A DNA stretch of 63,902 nt from Candidatus Humimicrobiaceae bacterium. Its GTDB lineage: Bacteria; Actinomycetota; Humimicrobiia; Humimicrobiales; Humimicrobiaceae. The position numbers and the translations under genes are program-made. The notes beneath the pieces were generated by a model that was given only the letters and a program-made list of their open reading frames with translations, had not been told where the DNA came from and made no database searches. Below are positions 38,088 to 48,269 of the stretch, one piece after another. The stretch spans positions 1-63,902 of the forward strand of contig DATBWH010000075.1 in the NCBI GenBank assembly GCA_036514895.1. The letters run 5' to 3'. The stretch's first letter is position 1. Each line of letters begins with the position of its first letter.

Positions 38088-38987
38088 TTATTTCAATTTC
38101 GGATCAAACGCATCTCTTAATCCATCACCAAGCAGCACAAACCCTAAAACTGTTATCAATATGGCCAATCCAGGGAAAAACATCATCCACGGGGCAGTAT
38201 CGATATAAGCCATTGAATCTGCAAGCATTTTGCCCCATGCAGGCGTAGGAGGCTGAACACCTATTCCAAGAAAGCTTAATGCAGCTTCTACTATTATTGC
38301 GGTTCCCACATTCATTGTTGCATAAACGATTATCGGAGCAAATGAGTTCGGAAAAATATGTTTCGTTATGATCCTGTAATTGCTTGCACCCATTGCCCTT
38401 GCTGCCTCAATATATTCCTTATGCTTAATTGTCAGGATTGAACTCCTGAAAATTCTCGCAAATGAGGCCCATCCCAGAATACCTATTGCTATAAATATAT
38501 TTACTATCCCCGGACCTAAAATTGTCATTATCGCTATTGCGCCTAAAATATACGGAAAGGCAAAGAAAATATCTGCTACCCGCATTATTACGGTATCGGA
38601 AAAACCCCCGAAATACCCGGACAGAGCCCCAAAAAAAAGGCCTATGATAACCGATATGCCAACTGCTATGACTCCCACTTCTATTGAGATCCTGCTTCCG
38701 TAAATAACTCTGCTGAAAATATCCCTTCCCAGCAGATCTGTTCCAAAAAAATGTCTTACACTGGGTCCAAGGGAAGAATCTGTCTTTATTCTTATAATTG
38801 GATCGTAGGGAGTGATCAAAGGAGCAAATATTGCAATCAATATCAGCAAAATGACTACTGCGAGGCCCAGCATGGAAAGTTTGTTTTTTCGCAACCGTTT
38901 CCATGCATCTTTATAAAGAGATGTCCTTGAATATCTTTTTCCTGTTTCAATCTCCTCTAATGTTTCTAATTCTTTTAAGGCTGCCAT
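38088..38987 (-). CDS. Opp/Dpp-type ABC transporter permease (OppC/DppC-like)
   Basis: 299 aa with six TM segments. It has the BPD-transporter EAA-type loop EAARAMGASNYRIITKHIFPN. Confidence 0.9.
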   Translation of the reverse strand: MAALKELETLEEIETGKRYSRTSLYKDAWKRLRKNKLSMLGLAVVILLILIAIFAPLITPYDPIIRIKTDSSLGPSVRHFFGTDLLGRDIFSRVIYGSRISIEVGVIAVGISVIIGLFFGALSGYFGGFSDTVIMRVADIFFAFPYILGAIAIMTILGPGIVNIFIAIGILGWASFARIFRSSILTIKHKEYIEAARAMGASNYRIITKHIFPNSFAPIIVYATMNVGTAIIVEAALSFLGIGVQPPTPAWGKMLADSMAYIDTAPWMMFFPGLAILITVLGFVLLGDGLRDAFDPKLK

Positions 38988-39932
38988 TTAAATTTGTATT
39001 TCCTTTTTTTCATATCTGATTCTTGGATCCAGCAGTGCATAAACAATATCCACGATCAAATTCATTATCACAAAGATCATAACCAGGATTATTGTTCCGC
39101 CGATTACCACCGGCGCATCCCTCTGAAGGATTGCCAGATAAATAGTTCTTCCGACGCCTGGCCAGTTAAAGACTGTCTCGGTAAGAATTGCACCCCCCAT
39201 TAAGGTACCCAGATCCATTCCTATTAAAGTCACCACCGGTATTAAAGCATTTTTTAGCGCATGTTTACCGATAACCATACTGCGTGAAAGCCCTTTTGCA
39301 TAAGCAGTCGTAATATAATCATTGGATAATACTTCAAGCATTGTGCTCCTGGTCATTCTTGCCACAAATGCAGTAGAAACAGAAGCCAGGGTTATTGCAG
39401 GCAATATATAATACTGGATGCTCCCATTACCCATTCCGGACATAGGTAGCCACCCCAGTTTCAGGCCAAACGAAACCTGCAGCATCATACCGAGCCAGTA
39501 CACAGGCACACAGACAGCAATAGTTGTCGAAACAGTGACAACTATGTCCCAGAAGCTATATTTTCTGACCGCCGATATGATTCCTGCAAAAATACCGATG
39601 ATAATCTCTATTACAATAGCAGCCAGGGCCAGTTTTATTGAATTGGGATAATGATCGGCAAGAATACTATTGACAGAGCGCCTGTATCTGTATGAAGTTC
39701 CCAGATCCCCTTTTGCCAGCTGCTTGATATATCTCCAGTATTGAACATAAACAGGTTTGTCGATACCCATTTTTGCCCTTAGATTTTGAAGCGCTTCAGG
39801 AGTTGCACCTTTTTCAAGAATAAGTTTTGCGGGATCTTCCGGGATAATATACATCAAAGTAAAGAGGATCAGCGTGACACCTATAATAACAGGGATAATC
39901 TGTAAAATTCTTCTTAATATAAAATAAAACAT
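38988..39932 (-). CDS. Opp/Dpp-type ABC transporter permease (OppB/DppB-like)
   Basis: 314 aa. It has the typical start MFYFILRRILQIIPVIIGVTLILF and the EAA-type loop AYAKGLSRSMVIGKHALKNA. Confidence 0.9.
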   Translation of the reverse strand: MFYFILRRILQIIPVIIGVTLILFTLMYIIPEDPAKLILEKGATPEALQNLRAKMGIDKPVYVQYWRYIKQLAKGDLGTSYRYRRSVNSILADHYPNSIKLALAAIVIEIIIGIFAGIISAVRKYSFWDIVVTVSTTIAVCVPVYWLGMMLQVSFGLKLGWLPMSGMGNGSIQYYILPAITLASVSTAFVARMTRSTMLEVLSNDYITTAYAKGLSRSMVIGKHALKNALIPVVTLIGMDLGTLMGGAILTETVFNWPGVGRTIYLAILQRDAPVVIGGTIILVMIFVIMNLIVDIVYALLDPRIRYEKKEIQI

Positions 39933-39976
39933 TTAAATATTTTTTATCTAAAATAACAAATTATTTTCTTGATATT

Positions 39977-40010
39977 ATACAGCCTACACCTTTTCAGGTG
40001 TAGGCTGTAT
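39977..40010 (-). other. Perfect 14-bp stem-loop between the first SBP gene and the permease genes
   Basis: ATACAGCCTACACC-ttttca-GGTGTAGGCTGTAT. It lies 44 nt after the SBP stop and 45 nt before the permease start. There is no clear U-tract on the minus strand, so it looks like an intercistronic stabiliser or partial terminator rather than a full stop. Confidence 0.6.
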
Positions 40011-40053
40011 TTTATTTAATCTCTAAACCGTTACTTAAATCTGATTTTCTCTT

Positions 40054-41643
40054 TTATTTCTCCAGCCATACTTTGCTTAAATCATAGTTTTCCATGTTAT
40101 TCAGCTCGAATCCCTTGACATACGGCTGTACTATTCTTCTTGTTCCATACCAATATATATTTGCAAATGCTGATTCCGCAAGAATCATCTGTTCGACTTC
40201 TCTGTACTTTGCGATTCTTTCATCTTCATCAAGGATAGTTCTTGCTTCCAGAAGCATGGCATCAACATCGGGATTATTATACTCGCCATAATTATCACTG
40301 GATCCTGAATAGAATAACGGGAACAGGAAATTATCCATTGTAGGATAATCTGCTACCCAGCCCAATCGGTAAAATACTATATCTCCTGCCTTTGCCATCT
40401 CGAGCATTGTTCCCCATTCATAACCTGTTATGTTTACAGTTATTCCAATTTCGCTGAGATCAGCCTGTATCGCTTCTGCTAACTGTTCATGACCCGCACC
40501 TGTATTAAATCCAAATTCCAGCGTAGGCAAGCCCTCTCCATTCGGATAACCGGCATCGGCCAATTTTTGTTCAGCTAACTCTACGTTATAAACAAAATCG
40601 GAAGCATTTTCCTGAAATCCCGGAATTCCCGGGGGAACGAATCCTGTAGCTGGTGTGGATATTCCCTCATTTATCACATCGCAGATATTCTGCCTGTCTA
40701 TGGCATAACTTATAGCCTCACGCAATTCCTTATTACCCGCAAATGGTTCGGCATTTAAATTAAATCCATAATAATATAAAGCCCAGAATGGTTTAATTAT
40801 TGCGCCGCCACCAATTTCCTCATTATCCAGTGTAGTCTGGATTTTTCCAACAGGTATCGCGGTATATTCAAGATTACCGGCCTGAAATTCCAGAAATGCT
40901 GTATCTTCGTCAGCTATTATGACATATCTGACAGATTCAAGTTTGGCTTTTTCGCCCCAGTAATCATCGTTTCTTACAAGATCTATATACTGGTCGTGTT
41001 CCCATTTAACGAATTCAAATGGACCTACACCATTTATATGCTCGGTATATTCATCTCCCCACTCTTCTATATCTTCCTTGGCCACAGGGTAGAATACATC
41101 ATGACCCAGAGTAGTTAAAAAGTCAGCATAAGGCTCTTTCAAGGTCACTTCCAGCGTGTAGTCGTCAAGAGCTTTTACTCCTTCAAGAACAGTGGCTGTT
41201 CCTGCCTGGCACTCTTCATAACCCAGGATTGGAAGTAAATGATAGGCAAGATAAGAAGCTGTCTCTGCATTGGCTACTCTTGACCATGAATAAACAAAGT
41301 CTTCGGCTACCAGTTCTCTGCCGCTGTGAAAATTAACCCCTTCTCTTAAATGGAAAGTATAAACAAGGCCATCATCGCTTATGTCCCAGCTTTCAGCCAG
41401 TTCTGGTATTGGTTCATAAGTTTCAGGATCCCAATCTATCAGACCATCCCAGCATTGTCTTATCACCTGGATTCCTTCACTTTCATAAGCATTTGGAGGA
41501 TCCAGAGATACCGGTTCAACAATATGTAATCTCATAATCTGCTCGCCGGCTGCTTCCTCTTTACATCCTGCAAACATTGCTCCTATAAATACGATAACGG
41601 TAAGTACTGCAATTATTCCCATCCACTTTTTGTAATTCCTCAC
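40054..41643 (-). CDS. Family-5 (OppA/DppA-type) solute-binding lipoprotein, canonical domain order
   Basis: 529 aa with a GTG start 5 nt after AAGGAGG. The lipobox is MFAGC. The conserved blocks AESWDISDDGLVYTFHLREGVNFHSG, GVGPFEF, YYYGFNLN, LREAISYAIDRQ and LADAGYPNG are in the usual order. Confidence 0.9.
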   Translation of the reverse strand: MRNYKKWMGIIAVLTVIVFIGAMFAGCKEEAAGEQIMRLHIVEPVSLDPPNAYESEGIQVIRQCWDGLIDWDPETYEPIPELAESWDISDDGLVYTFHLREGVNFHSGRELVAEDFVYSWSRVANAETASYLAYHLLPILGYEECQAGTATVLEGVKALDDYTLEVTLKEPYADFLTTLGHDVFYPVAKEDIEEWGDEYTEHINGVGPFEFVKWEHDQYIDLVRNDDYWGEKAKLESVRYVIIADEDTAFLEFQAGNLEYTAIPVGKIQTTLDNEEIGGGAIIKPFWALYYYGFNLNAEPFAGNKELREAISYAIDRQNICDVINEGISTPATGFVPPGIPGFQENASDFVYNVELAEQKLADAGYPNGEGLPTLEFGFNTGAGHEQLAEAIQADLSEIGITVNITGYEWGTMLEMAKAGDIVFYRLGWVADYPTMDNFLFPLFYSGSSDNYGEYNNPDVDAMLLEARTILDEDERIAKYREVEQMILAESAFANIYWYGTRRIVQPYVKGFELNNMENYDLSKVWLEK

Positions 41644-41739
41644 TAAAGCCTCCTTTTCAAATTCTATGATTTACTTGCAAGATTTTTTATTTTAAAACCT
41701 CCTTTCGTTCTAAATAATAATCCTGCAGCTTCTAACGAT

Positions 41740-41973
41740 TTATAATAAAATAAAAAGAGTTATTGTAGTAACTGTAAAAACCACTCCAAGTATAATTGTG
41801 ATCCTATCAAGATTTTTTTCCACAATTCCTGCACCATCAAAAGTTTCTACCATACCGGAGAATAAACCGGAAATTCCTCCTCCTCTTCCAGCGTGCAATA
41901 GGATTAAAAGAACCAATCCGATACTGGCAATTATATGAAATGAAAATAATATATTTAACAAAACAGAACCCAT
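41740..41973 (-). CDS. secG: Preprotein translocase subunit SecG
   Basis: 77 aa with two TM helices and the Gly-rich loop LLHAGRGGGISGLFSG. Confidence 0.85.
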   Translation of the reverse strand: MGSVLLNILFSFHIIASIGLVLLILLHAGRGGGISGLFSGMVETFDGAGIVEKNLDRITIILGVVFTVTTITLFILL

Positions 41974-42101
41974 ATCTATATTCCCTCCCTAATCTTTATA
42001 AAATCTAAAATTGGCTTCTGGCCTATATTTTATCAAAAAAATGATATATTAAAAACAAATATTTATATGTAGAATACATAGTCTTTCCTTTAAAATCAAG
42101 T

Positions 42102-43658
42102 TCAATATGATAAAAGCGATACCCCTGTCATTTCTACAGGTTTTTGGATTTTTAAGAGATCCAATAACGTAGGTGCAATGTCACTTAATTTAAAATCTTC
42201 ATCATAATCTTTCAATCTCATTTTTGAATCGCAAACCACAAGAGGCACCATTGATAAGGAATGTGCAGTTACGACTCTTTTGTCGACAGGATTTATCATT
42301 ATTTCAGCATTACCATGATCTGCCGTAATGAGTGCCAGTCCATTATTCATAATTAATTCTTCGACCACTTTTCCAACACATTCATCAACTGCTTCTACAG
42401 CTTTTATCGCTGCATCCAAATGCCCCGTATGACCTACCATATCAGGATTTGCAAAATTTAATATTATTACATCATAAATCTTTGATTTAATTTTGCTTAT
42501 GACAGTATCCGTTACTTCAAATGCACTCATTTCAGGTTTCAGGTCATATGTCGCAATCTTTGGGGAAGGGATCAATATCCTATCTTCTCCTTTAAATGGT
42601 TTTTCTATACCGCCATTAAAAAAGAAAGTGACATGGGCATATTTCTCAGTTTCAGCAATTCTTAATTGTTTTAAATTATTTTTTGATATGACCTCTCCCA
42701 GGGTATTTTTAATATCCTGAGGAGGAAAGGCTGTAAGAGCATTAAATGACTTGTCATATTGGGTCATACATACAAAATATACTTTAGGCGGATTCGGACC
42801 CTTATCGAATTCCTTAAAATCATCACAAATAAATGCCCTTGTTAGCTGTCTTGCCCTATCGGGTCTGAAATTAAAGAATATCACTGAGTCCGTCGACTTG
42901 ATACTGGCTTTCTCATTATCTCTACAGTCCACTATAGAAGGAACAACAAATTCATCATCTACATTATTACTATAGGATGCTTCAACAACTCCGGCACCTG
43001 TTTCGAATTTTTTTCCTTTTCTATATATCAGTGTGTTGTAGCTTTTTTCAACTCTATCCCATCTATTATCCCTGTCCATACTGTAATATCTTCCGCTAAC
43101 TGTGGCAATTTGTCCGATTCCCTTCTTTTTTAGATATTCGTCCACTTCATTTAAAAACGGTATTGCACTTCTCGGGGGTACATCCCTGCCATCAAGAAAA
43201 GCATGTATGAATAAATCTTTTATTTCATATTCAACTGCCAGGCTGATTAAAGCTTCTAAGTGTCTTATGTGACTGTGTACCCCGCCATCCGATACAAGAC
43301 CCATAAGATGAAGACAGCTATTATTTTTTTTCACGTTATCGATTGCATTTATTAATACTGTGTTTTTGAAAAAATCTCCATTTTCAATTTCTTTATTTAT
43401 TCTGGTAAATTCCTGATATACGATTCTACCCGCTCCGATATTCAGATGGCCTACCTCCGAATTGCCCATCTGACCTTCGGGCAGTCCCACTGCTTCACCT
43501 GAAGCATTCAATCTGGTATTTGGATAAATCCTGAAGTAATTATTCATATGTGGAGTTTTTGCTTGCTTGATTGCATTGCCTTCAGTCTGACTGGATAAGC
43601 CCCAGCCATCAAGTATCATCAAACAGATTGGTTTTTTTCTTCCGGTTTTATAAGTCAC
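42102..43658 (-). CDS. gpmI: 2,3-bisphosphoglycerate-independent phosphoglycerate mutase
   Basis: 518 aa. It has LMILDGWG, GNSEVGHLNIGAGR and ITADHGNAE. Confidence 0.95.
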   Translation of the reverse strand: MTYKTGRKKPICLMILDGWGLSSQTEGNAIKQAKTPHMNNYFRIYPNTRLNASGEAVGLPEGQMGNSEVGHLNIGAGRIVYQEFTRINKEIENGDFFKNTVLINAIDNVKKNNSCLHLMGLVSDGGVHSHIRHLEALISLAVEYEIKDLFIHAFLDGRDVPPRSAIPFLNEVDEYLKKKGIGQIATVSGRYYSMDRDNRWDRVEKSYNTLIYRKGKKFETGAGVVEASYSNNVDDEFVVPSIVDCRDNEKASIKSTDSVIFFNFRPDRARQLTRAFICDDFKEFDKGPNPPKVYFVCMTQYDKSFNALTAFPPQDIKNTLGEVISKNNLKQLRIAETEKYAHVTFFFNGGIEKPFKGEDRILIPSPKIATYDLKPEMSAFEVTDTVISKIKSKIYDVIILNFANPDMVGHTGHLDAAIKAVEAVDECVGKVVEELIMNNGLALITADHGNAEIMINPVDKRVVTAHSLSMVPLVVCDSKMRLKDYDEDFKLSDIAPTLLDLLKIQKPVEMTGVSLLSY

Positions 43659-43665
43659 TGCTATC

Positions 43666-44427
43666 CTAATAATTAATTATATCCATAAAAGTATCTACTT
43701 CCAGGCTTGCGCCTCCTACAAGGGCACCGTCTATATCTGACATCTTCATCAGCTCGGAAATATTTGAGGGTTTTACACTTCCGCCATATTGGATTATAGC
43801 AGCTTCGGAAATTTTTTTGCCATATAATTCATCAATTTTTTTTCTTATTGCAATGCACATATCATTAGCGTCCATGGATGTTGCAGTTTTACCTGTGCCA
43901 ATAGCCCAAATCGGCTCGTATGCTACAGTTAAATCGACCATGCTTTCTTCATCAATACCTTCCAGGCATTCCTTTATTTGATCCAGAACAAACTGCTCGG
44001 CCCTGCCGTTTTCTCTTATTTCCAGTGACTCGCCAACACACATAATTGGCTTTAAACCTGCATTAAAAGCAGCCTTTGCTTTCTTGTTGACGTCGGAATT
44101 AGTCTCTCCAAAATATTGCCTTCTTTCACTATGACCGATTATCACATATTCGACACCTAGTGATTTAAGCATTACTGGTGAGATTTCTCCTGTAAATGCA
44201 CCGCTTGTCTCATGATACATATTTTGTGCGCCAAGTTTGATATAAAGATTGTCACTATCGATTATGGTTCTTACACTCCTTAAAGCTGTAGCAGGCGGAC
44301 ACACTGCCACTTCACAATTATTTTTGTTATTATATTTATATCCAAGATCCTGTATAAAATTGGCAGCCTGTAAATGAGTCATGTTCATTTTCCAGTTTCC
44401 TGCTATAAAAGGCCTTCTTATTTCCAT
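43666..44427 (-). CDS. tpiA: Triosephosphate isomerase
   Basis: 253 aa. It has FIAGNWKMN, IIGHSERR and AYEPIWAIGTG. Confidence 0.95.
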   Translation of the reverse strand: MEIRRPFIAGNWKMNMTHLQAANFIQDLGYKYNNKNNCEVAVCPPATALRSVRTIIDSDNLYIKLGAQNMYHETSGAFTGEISPVMLKSLGVEYVIIGHSERRQYFGETNSDVNKKAKAAFNAGLKPIMCVGESLEIRENGRAEQFVLDQIKECLEGIDEESMVDLTVAYEPIWAIGTGKTATSMDANDMCIAIRKKIDELYGKKISEAAIIQYGGSVKPSNISELMKMSDIDGALVGGASLEVDTFMDIINY

Positions 44428-44459
44428 AGTTCCTTTCGAGATTTTTATATTATTTATGA

Positions 44460-45650
44460 TTACTTATCTAAAAGAGATGATACGCCCGGTAATTCTTTCC
44501 CTTCCAGTAGTTCCATTGCGGCCCCGCCGCCGCTGGAAACATGTGTAAATTTTGAGGATAGATCATATTTTTTCAATGCTGCCAGCGTATCTCCTCCCCC
44601 TGCGACCGTTACTGCCTGACTTCCGGCAATAGCATTTGCTATATTTCTGGTTCCATTTTCAAAATTGGACCATTCAAATACACCCACAGGGCCATTCCAG
44701 AAGATAGTTTTTGCAGTGGCAATTTCTGTTTTAAACAATTCTATGCTCTTGTCTCCGATATCCATCCCCATCCAGTCTGCCGGTATCGATTGTATCGATA
44801 CAAGTCTCCTCTCTGAATTACTATCAAATTCTTTTGCCGCAACGATATCTACTGGCAGTATTAATTTGACATTATCTTTCTTGGCCAGAGCAAGCATTTC
44901 TCTGGCAAAATCAATCTGGTCATCTTCGCAAATCGATTTACCTATTTCATAACCCTGTGCTTTCAGAAATGTATAGGTCATCCCACCGCCCAGTATCAAG
45001 CTGTCTACCTTACCGAGAAGGTTTCTTATAACCTGTATCTTATCAGAGACTTTACTTCCTCCCAGAATGGTCAGAAAGGGCCTTTGCGGTGATTCCAGAA
45101 GAGATGTTAAAACCTCGATTTCTTTCTTCATCAAAAATCCCGCTACAGCAGGAAGATATTTCGTCACTCCGGCAACAGATGCATGCGCTCTGTGCGCGGC
45201 GCCGAAAGCATCATCGACATATACATCAGCAAGTGATGCGAGTGATTTCGAAAATTCGTCATCATTTGCTTTCTCTCCGGGATCAAATCTCAGGTTTTCA
45301 AGCATTACGATTTCACCAAAATCCATTTCATTATCTATATATTCTTTGATTTCTTGTGAATAAATGCTGTCAAATTTCATGACTTTTTTACTCACCAGCT
45401 GACCAAGTCTTTTGGCTGCAGGATCCAGTTTGAATTTAGTCTCGACTGCTCCTTTTGGCCGACCAAGATGTGACATCAATATGATCTTGGCATTCTTTTC
45501 GATCAGATAATTTATAGTCGGCAGCGATAACCTTATTCTGGTGTCATCTACTACATTGAGGTTATCATCCAGGGGGACATTATAATCTACTCTTACCAGG
45601 ACTCTCTTGTTTGTGACATCCATATCTTCGATTGTTTTTTTATTAAACAT
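44460..45650 (-). CDS. pgk: Phosphoglycerate kinase
   Basis: I prefer the ATG at 45650 (MFNKKTIEDMDV..RVDYNVP), which has GGTGG 5 nt upstream, over the TTG at 45662 used in the track. Confidence 0.93.
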   Translation of the reverse strand: MFNKKTIEDMDVTNKRVLVRVDYNVPLDDNLNVVDDTRIRLSLPTINYLIEKNAKIILMSHLGRPKGAVETKFKLDPAAKRLGQLVSKKVMKFDSIYSQEIKEYIDNEMDFGEIVMLENLRFDPGEKANDDEFSKSLASLADVYVDDAFGAAHRAHASVAGVTKYLPAVAGFLMKKEIEVLTSLLESPQRPFLTILGGSKVSDKIQVIRNLLGKVDSLILGGGMTYTFLKAQGYEIGKSICEDDQIDFAREMLALAKKDNVKLILPVDIVAAKEFDSNSERRLVSIQSIPADWMGMDIGDKSIELFKTEIATAKTIFWNGPVGVFEWSNFENGTRNIANAIAGSQAVTVAGGGDTLAALKKYDLSSKFTHVSSGGGAAMELLEGKELPGVSSLLDK

Positions 45651-45675
45651 TTTTACCACCAAAACTTTACTTTAT

Positions 45676-45708
45676 AAATAACCGAGGTTTAGTTGACCCC
45701 GGTTATTT
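45676..45708 (-). other. Stem-loop between gap and pgk
   Basis: AAATAACCG(A)GG...CCCCGGTTATTT gives a stem of about 11 bp. There is no U-tract on the minus strand, so it is probably an intercistronic processing or stability element. Confidence 0.4.
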
Positions 45709-45732
45709 ATTTTTTATATTTATTTTTTTTAT

Positions 45733-46785
<1,053 letters not shown>

Positions 46786-46928
46786 TCATACAAATTTATA
46801 AAAATATAAAAATATTTTTATTTCGATATGAACCGTGTAATTTTAACAAATTTGATAAAATCATTAAAGTGTAATTTTATAAAAAATACCTTTTACTGGA
46901 ATAAAATTATGCTTTTAGGCAATGAAAA

Positions 46929-47822
46929 TCAGATTTTGGAGATATCTCTATGAAATAATTTTATAGAGTAACCTTTTAACTTTAAATATTCAAATATTTT
47001 CTCGGAAATCACAACAGAACGATGCTCGCCTCCGGTGCAGCCTATACCTATCCCTAAATAACTCTTACCCTCTGCAATATAATTGGGTATCAAAAAATCA
47101 AGCATTTTTTCAAAAATGTTCAGGAATTCTTTTGTTTCTTCCCGGCATAAAACATAATCAATCACTTTTTTATTTTTTCCATCAAGATCCTTTAACTCTT
47201 CGTTATAAAATGGGTTGGGCAAAAATCTGACGTCCATAACAATATCCACACTTTCAGGTAAACCATATCTATATCCGAATGAAGTAATGGATATTTGTAA
47301 AAGTTTACTTTTTTCTATATCGCTCATCATTCGTTCCGTTATGGCCATACGCAGTTCTTTTGAATTCAAAAGTGTAGTATCTATCACTACATCCGTTATT
47401 TCTCTGAGTCTTCTCATCTTTTCAATCTCTTCTTCTATTCCCTTCCCAAGATTACCGTCCTCGACGAGCGGGTGCTTTCTTCTGGTCAAAGAATATCTTT
47501 TTATAATGGCACTCTTTGAGGCTTCCAGAAACAAGATTTTATAATCTATCTTCATTTCTTTAAGTTTATCGAGAGTTCTGTATATCTCATCAAAAAAATA
47601 TCCGCTTCTTAAATCTATGGCAAAAGCCATATTACTTATATTCCTATCCTCCATTGAAAAGTAGTCGATAATATTGGGTAAAAGATATGCAGGTAAATTA
47701 TCTATACAATAATAACCTGCATCCTCAAAATACTTGAGGGCTTCGGTTTTTCCGGCACCGGATATTCCGGTGATTATTACAATCTTTATCCTGTTATTAT
47801 TTTTATCTTTTGCAGCAATCAT
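46929..47822 (-). CDS. rapZ: RNase adapter protein RapZ (YvcJ family P-loop NTPase)
   Basis: 297 aa. It has ITGISGAGKTEALKYFEDAGYYCIDNLP and the C-terminal GIGCTGGEHRSV. Confidence 0.9.
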   Translation of the reverse strand: MIAAKDKNNNRIKIVIITGISGAGKTEALKYFEDAGYYCIDNLPAYLLPNIIDYFSMEDRNISNMAFAIDLRSGYFFDEIYRTLDKLKEMKIDYKILFLEASKSAIIKRYSLTRRKHPLVEDGNLGKGIEEEIEKMRRLREITDVVIDTTLLNSKELRMAITERMMSDIEKSKLLQISITSFGYRYGLPESVDIVMDVRFLPNPFYNEELKDLDGKNKKVIDYVLCREETKEFLNIFEKMLDFLIPNYIAEGKSYLGIGIGCTGGEHRSVVISEKIFEYLKLKGYSIKLFHRDISKI

Positions 47823-47869
47823 ATTTCTTCTTTTAAAAATAATAATATTTAATACGTATATATGTTATT

Positions 47870-48262
47870 TTAATCTTTTTTATCGCTTTTTCCCCTAAAA
47901 AAAATAATTTTGGATATTACTATGCTTAGGATACTTATTACCAGTGAACTCCAGACGTAACCCCAGAATCCTTTTATTTCCAATTCCTTTATGATCATAT
48001 CCACTATCCATAACATACCAGCATTTATAATTATATTAAAAAGGCCCAGAGTTAAAATATTAATAGGCAGAGATAAAATTTTAACGATAGGTTTTACAAG
48101 AAGATTGAAGAGTCCAAGAAGCAACCCGGCTAAAAAGGCGATTTTTAACCTGTCCCAGGTAGTATTCCCGGTCAAATATATGAATGGCAAGAAATATGAA
48201 GCAACGGCAATAGAAAAAGTAAGTATCACCCAGTCAAGGATCCATTTAAACAAATAAACCAC
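47870..48262 (-). CDS. Small membrane protein of the holin-4 / YvlD (PF04020-like) family
   Basis: 130 aa with four TM segments. It has LLGLFNLLVKPIVKILSLPINILTLGLFNIIINA. The start codon is uncertain: GTG at 48262 or a downstream TTG. Confidence 0.6.
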   Translation of the reverse strand: MVYLFKWILDWVILTFSIAVASYFLPFIYLTGNTTWDRLKIAFLAGLLLGLFNLLVKPIVKILSLPINILTLGLFNIIINAGMLWIVDMIIKELEIKGFWGYVWSSLVISILSIVISKIIFFRGKSDKKD

Positions 48263-48269
48263 TTATCCT

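Noticed and set aside
38380-38904. A 159-aa alternative-frame ORF and a 107-aa antisense ORF within the OppC-like permease gene.
   Set aside because: Their composition is arginine- and serine-rich nonsense (RSSHFADIDCNICSF...). The overlapping permease frame has the expected TM pattern and EAA loop.
41644-41739. Two tandem AAGGAGG-like sites upstream of the first SBP gene, with a possible tiny uORF (ATA AAA AAT CTT GCA AGT AAA TCA TAG).
   Set aside because: The putative uORF has no canonical start and I cannot check its conservation. The second Shine-Dalgarno sequence alone explains initiation at the GTG at 41643.
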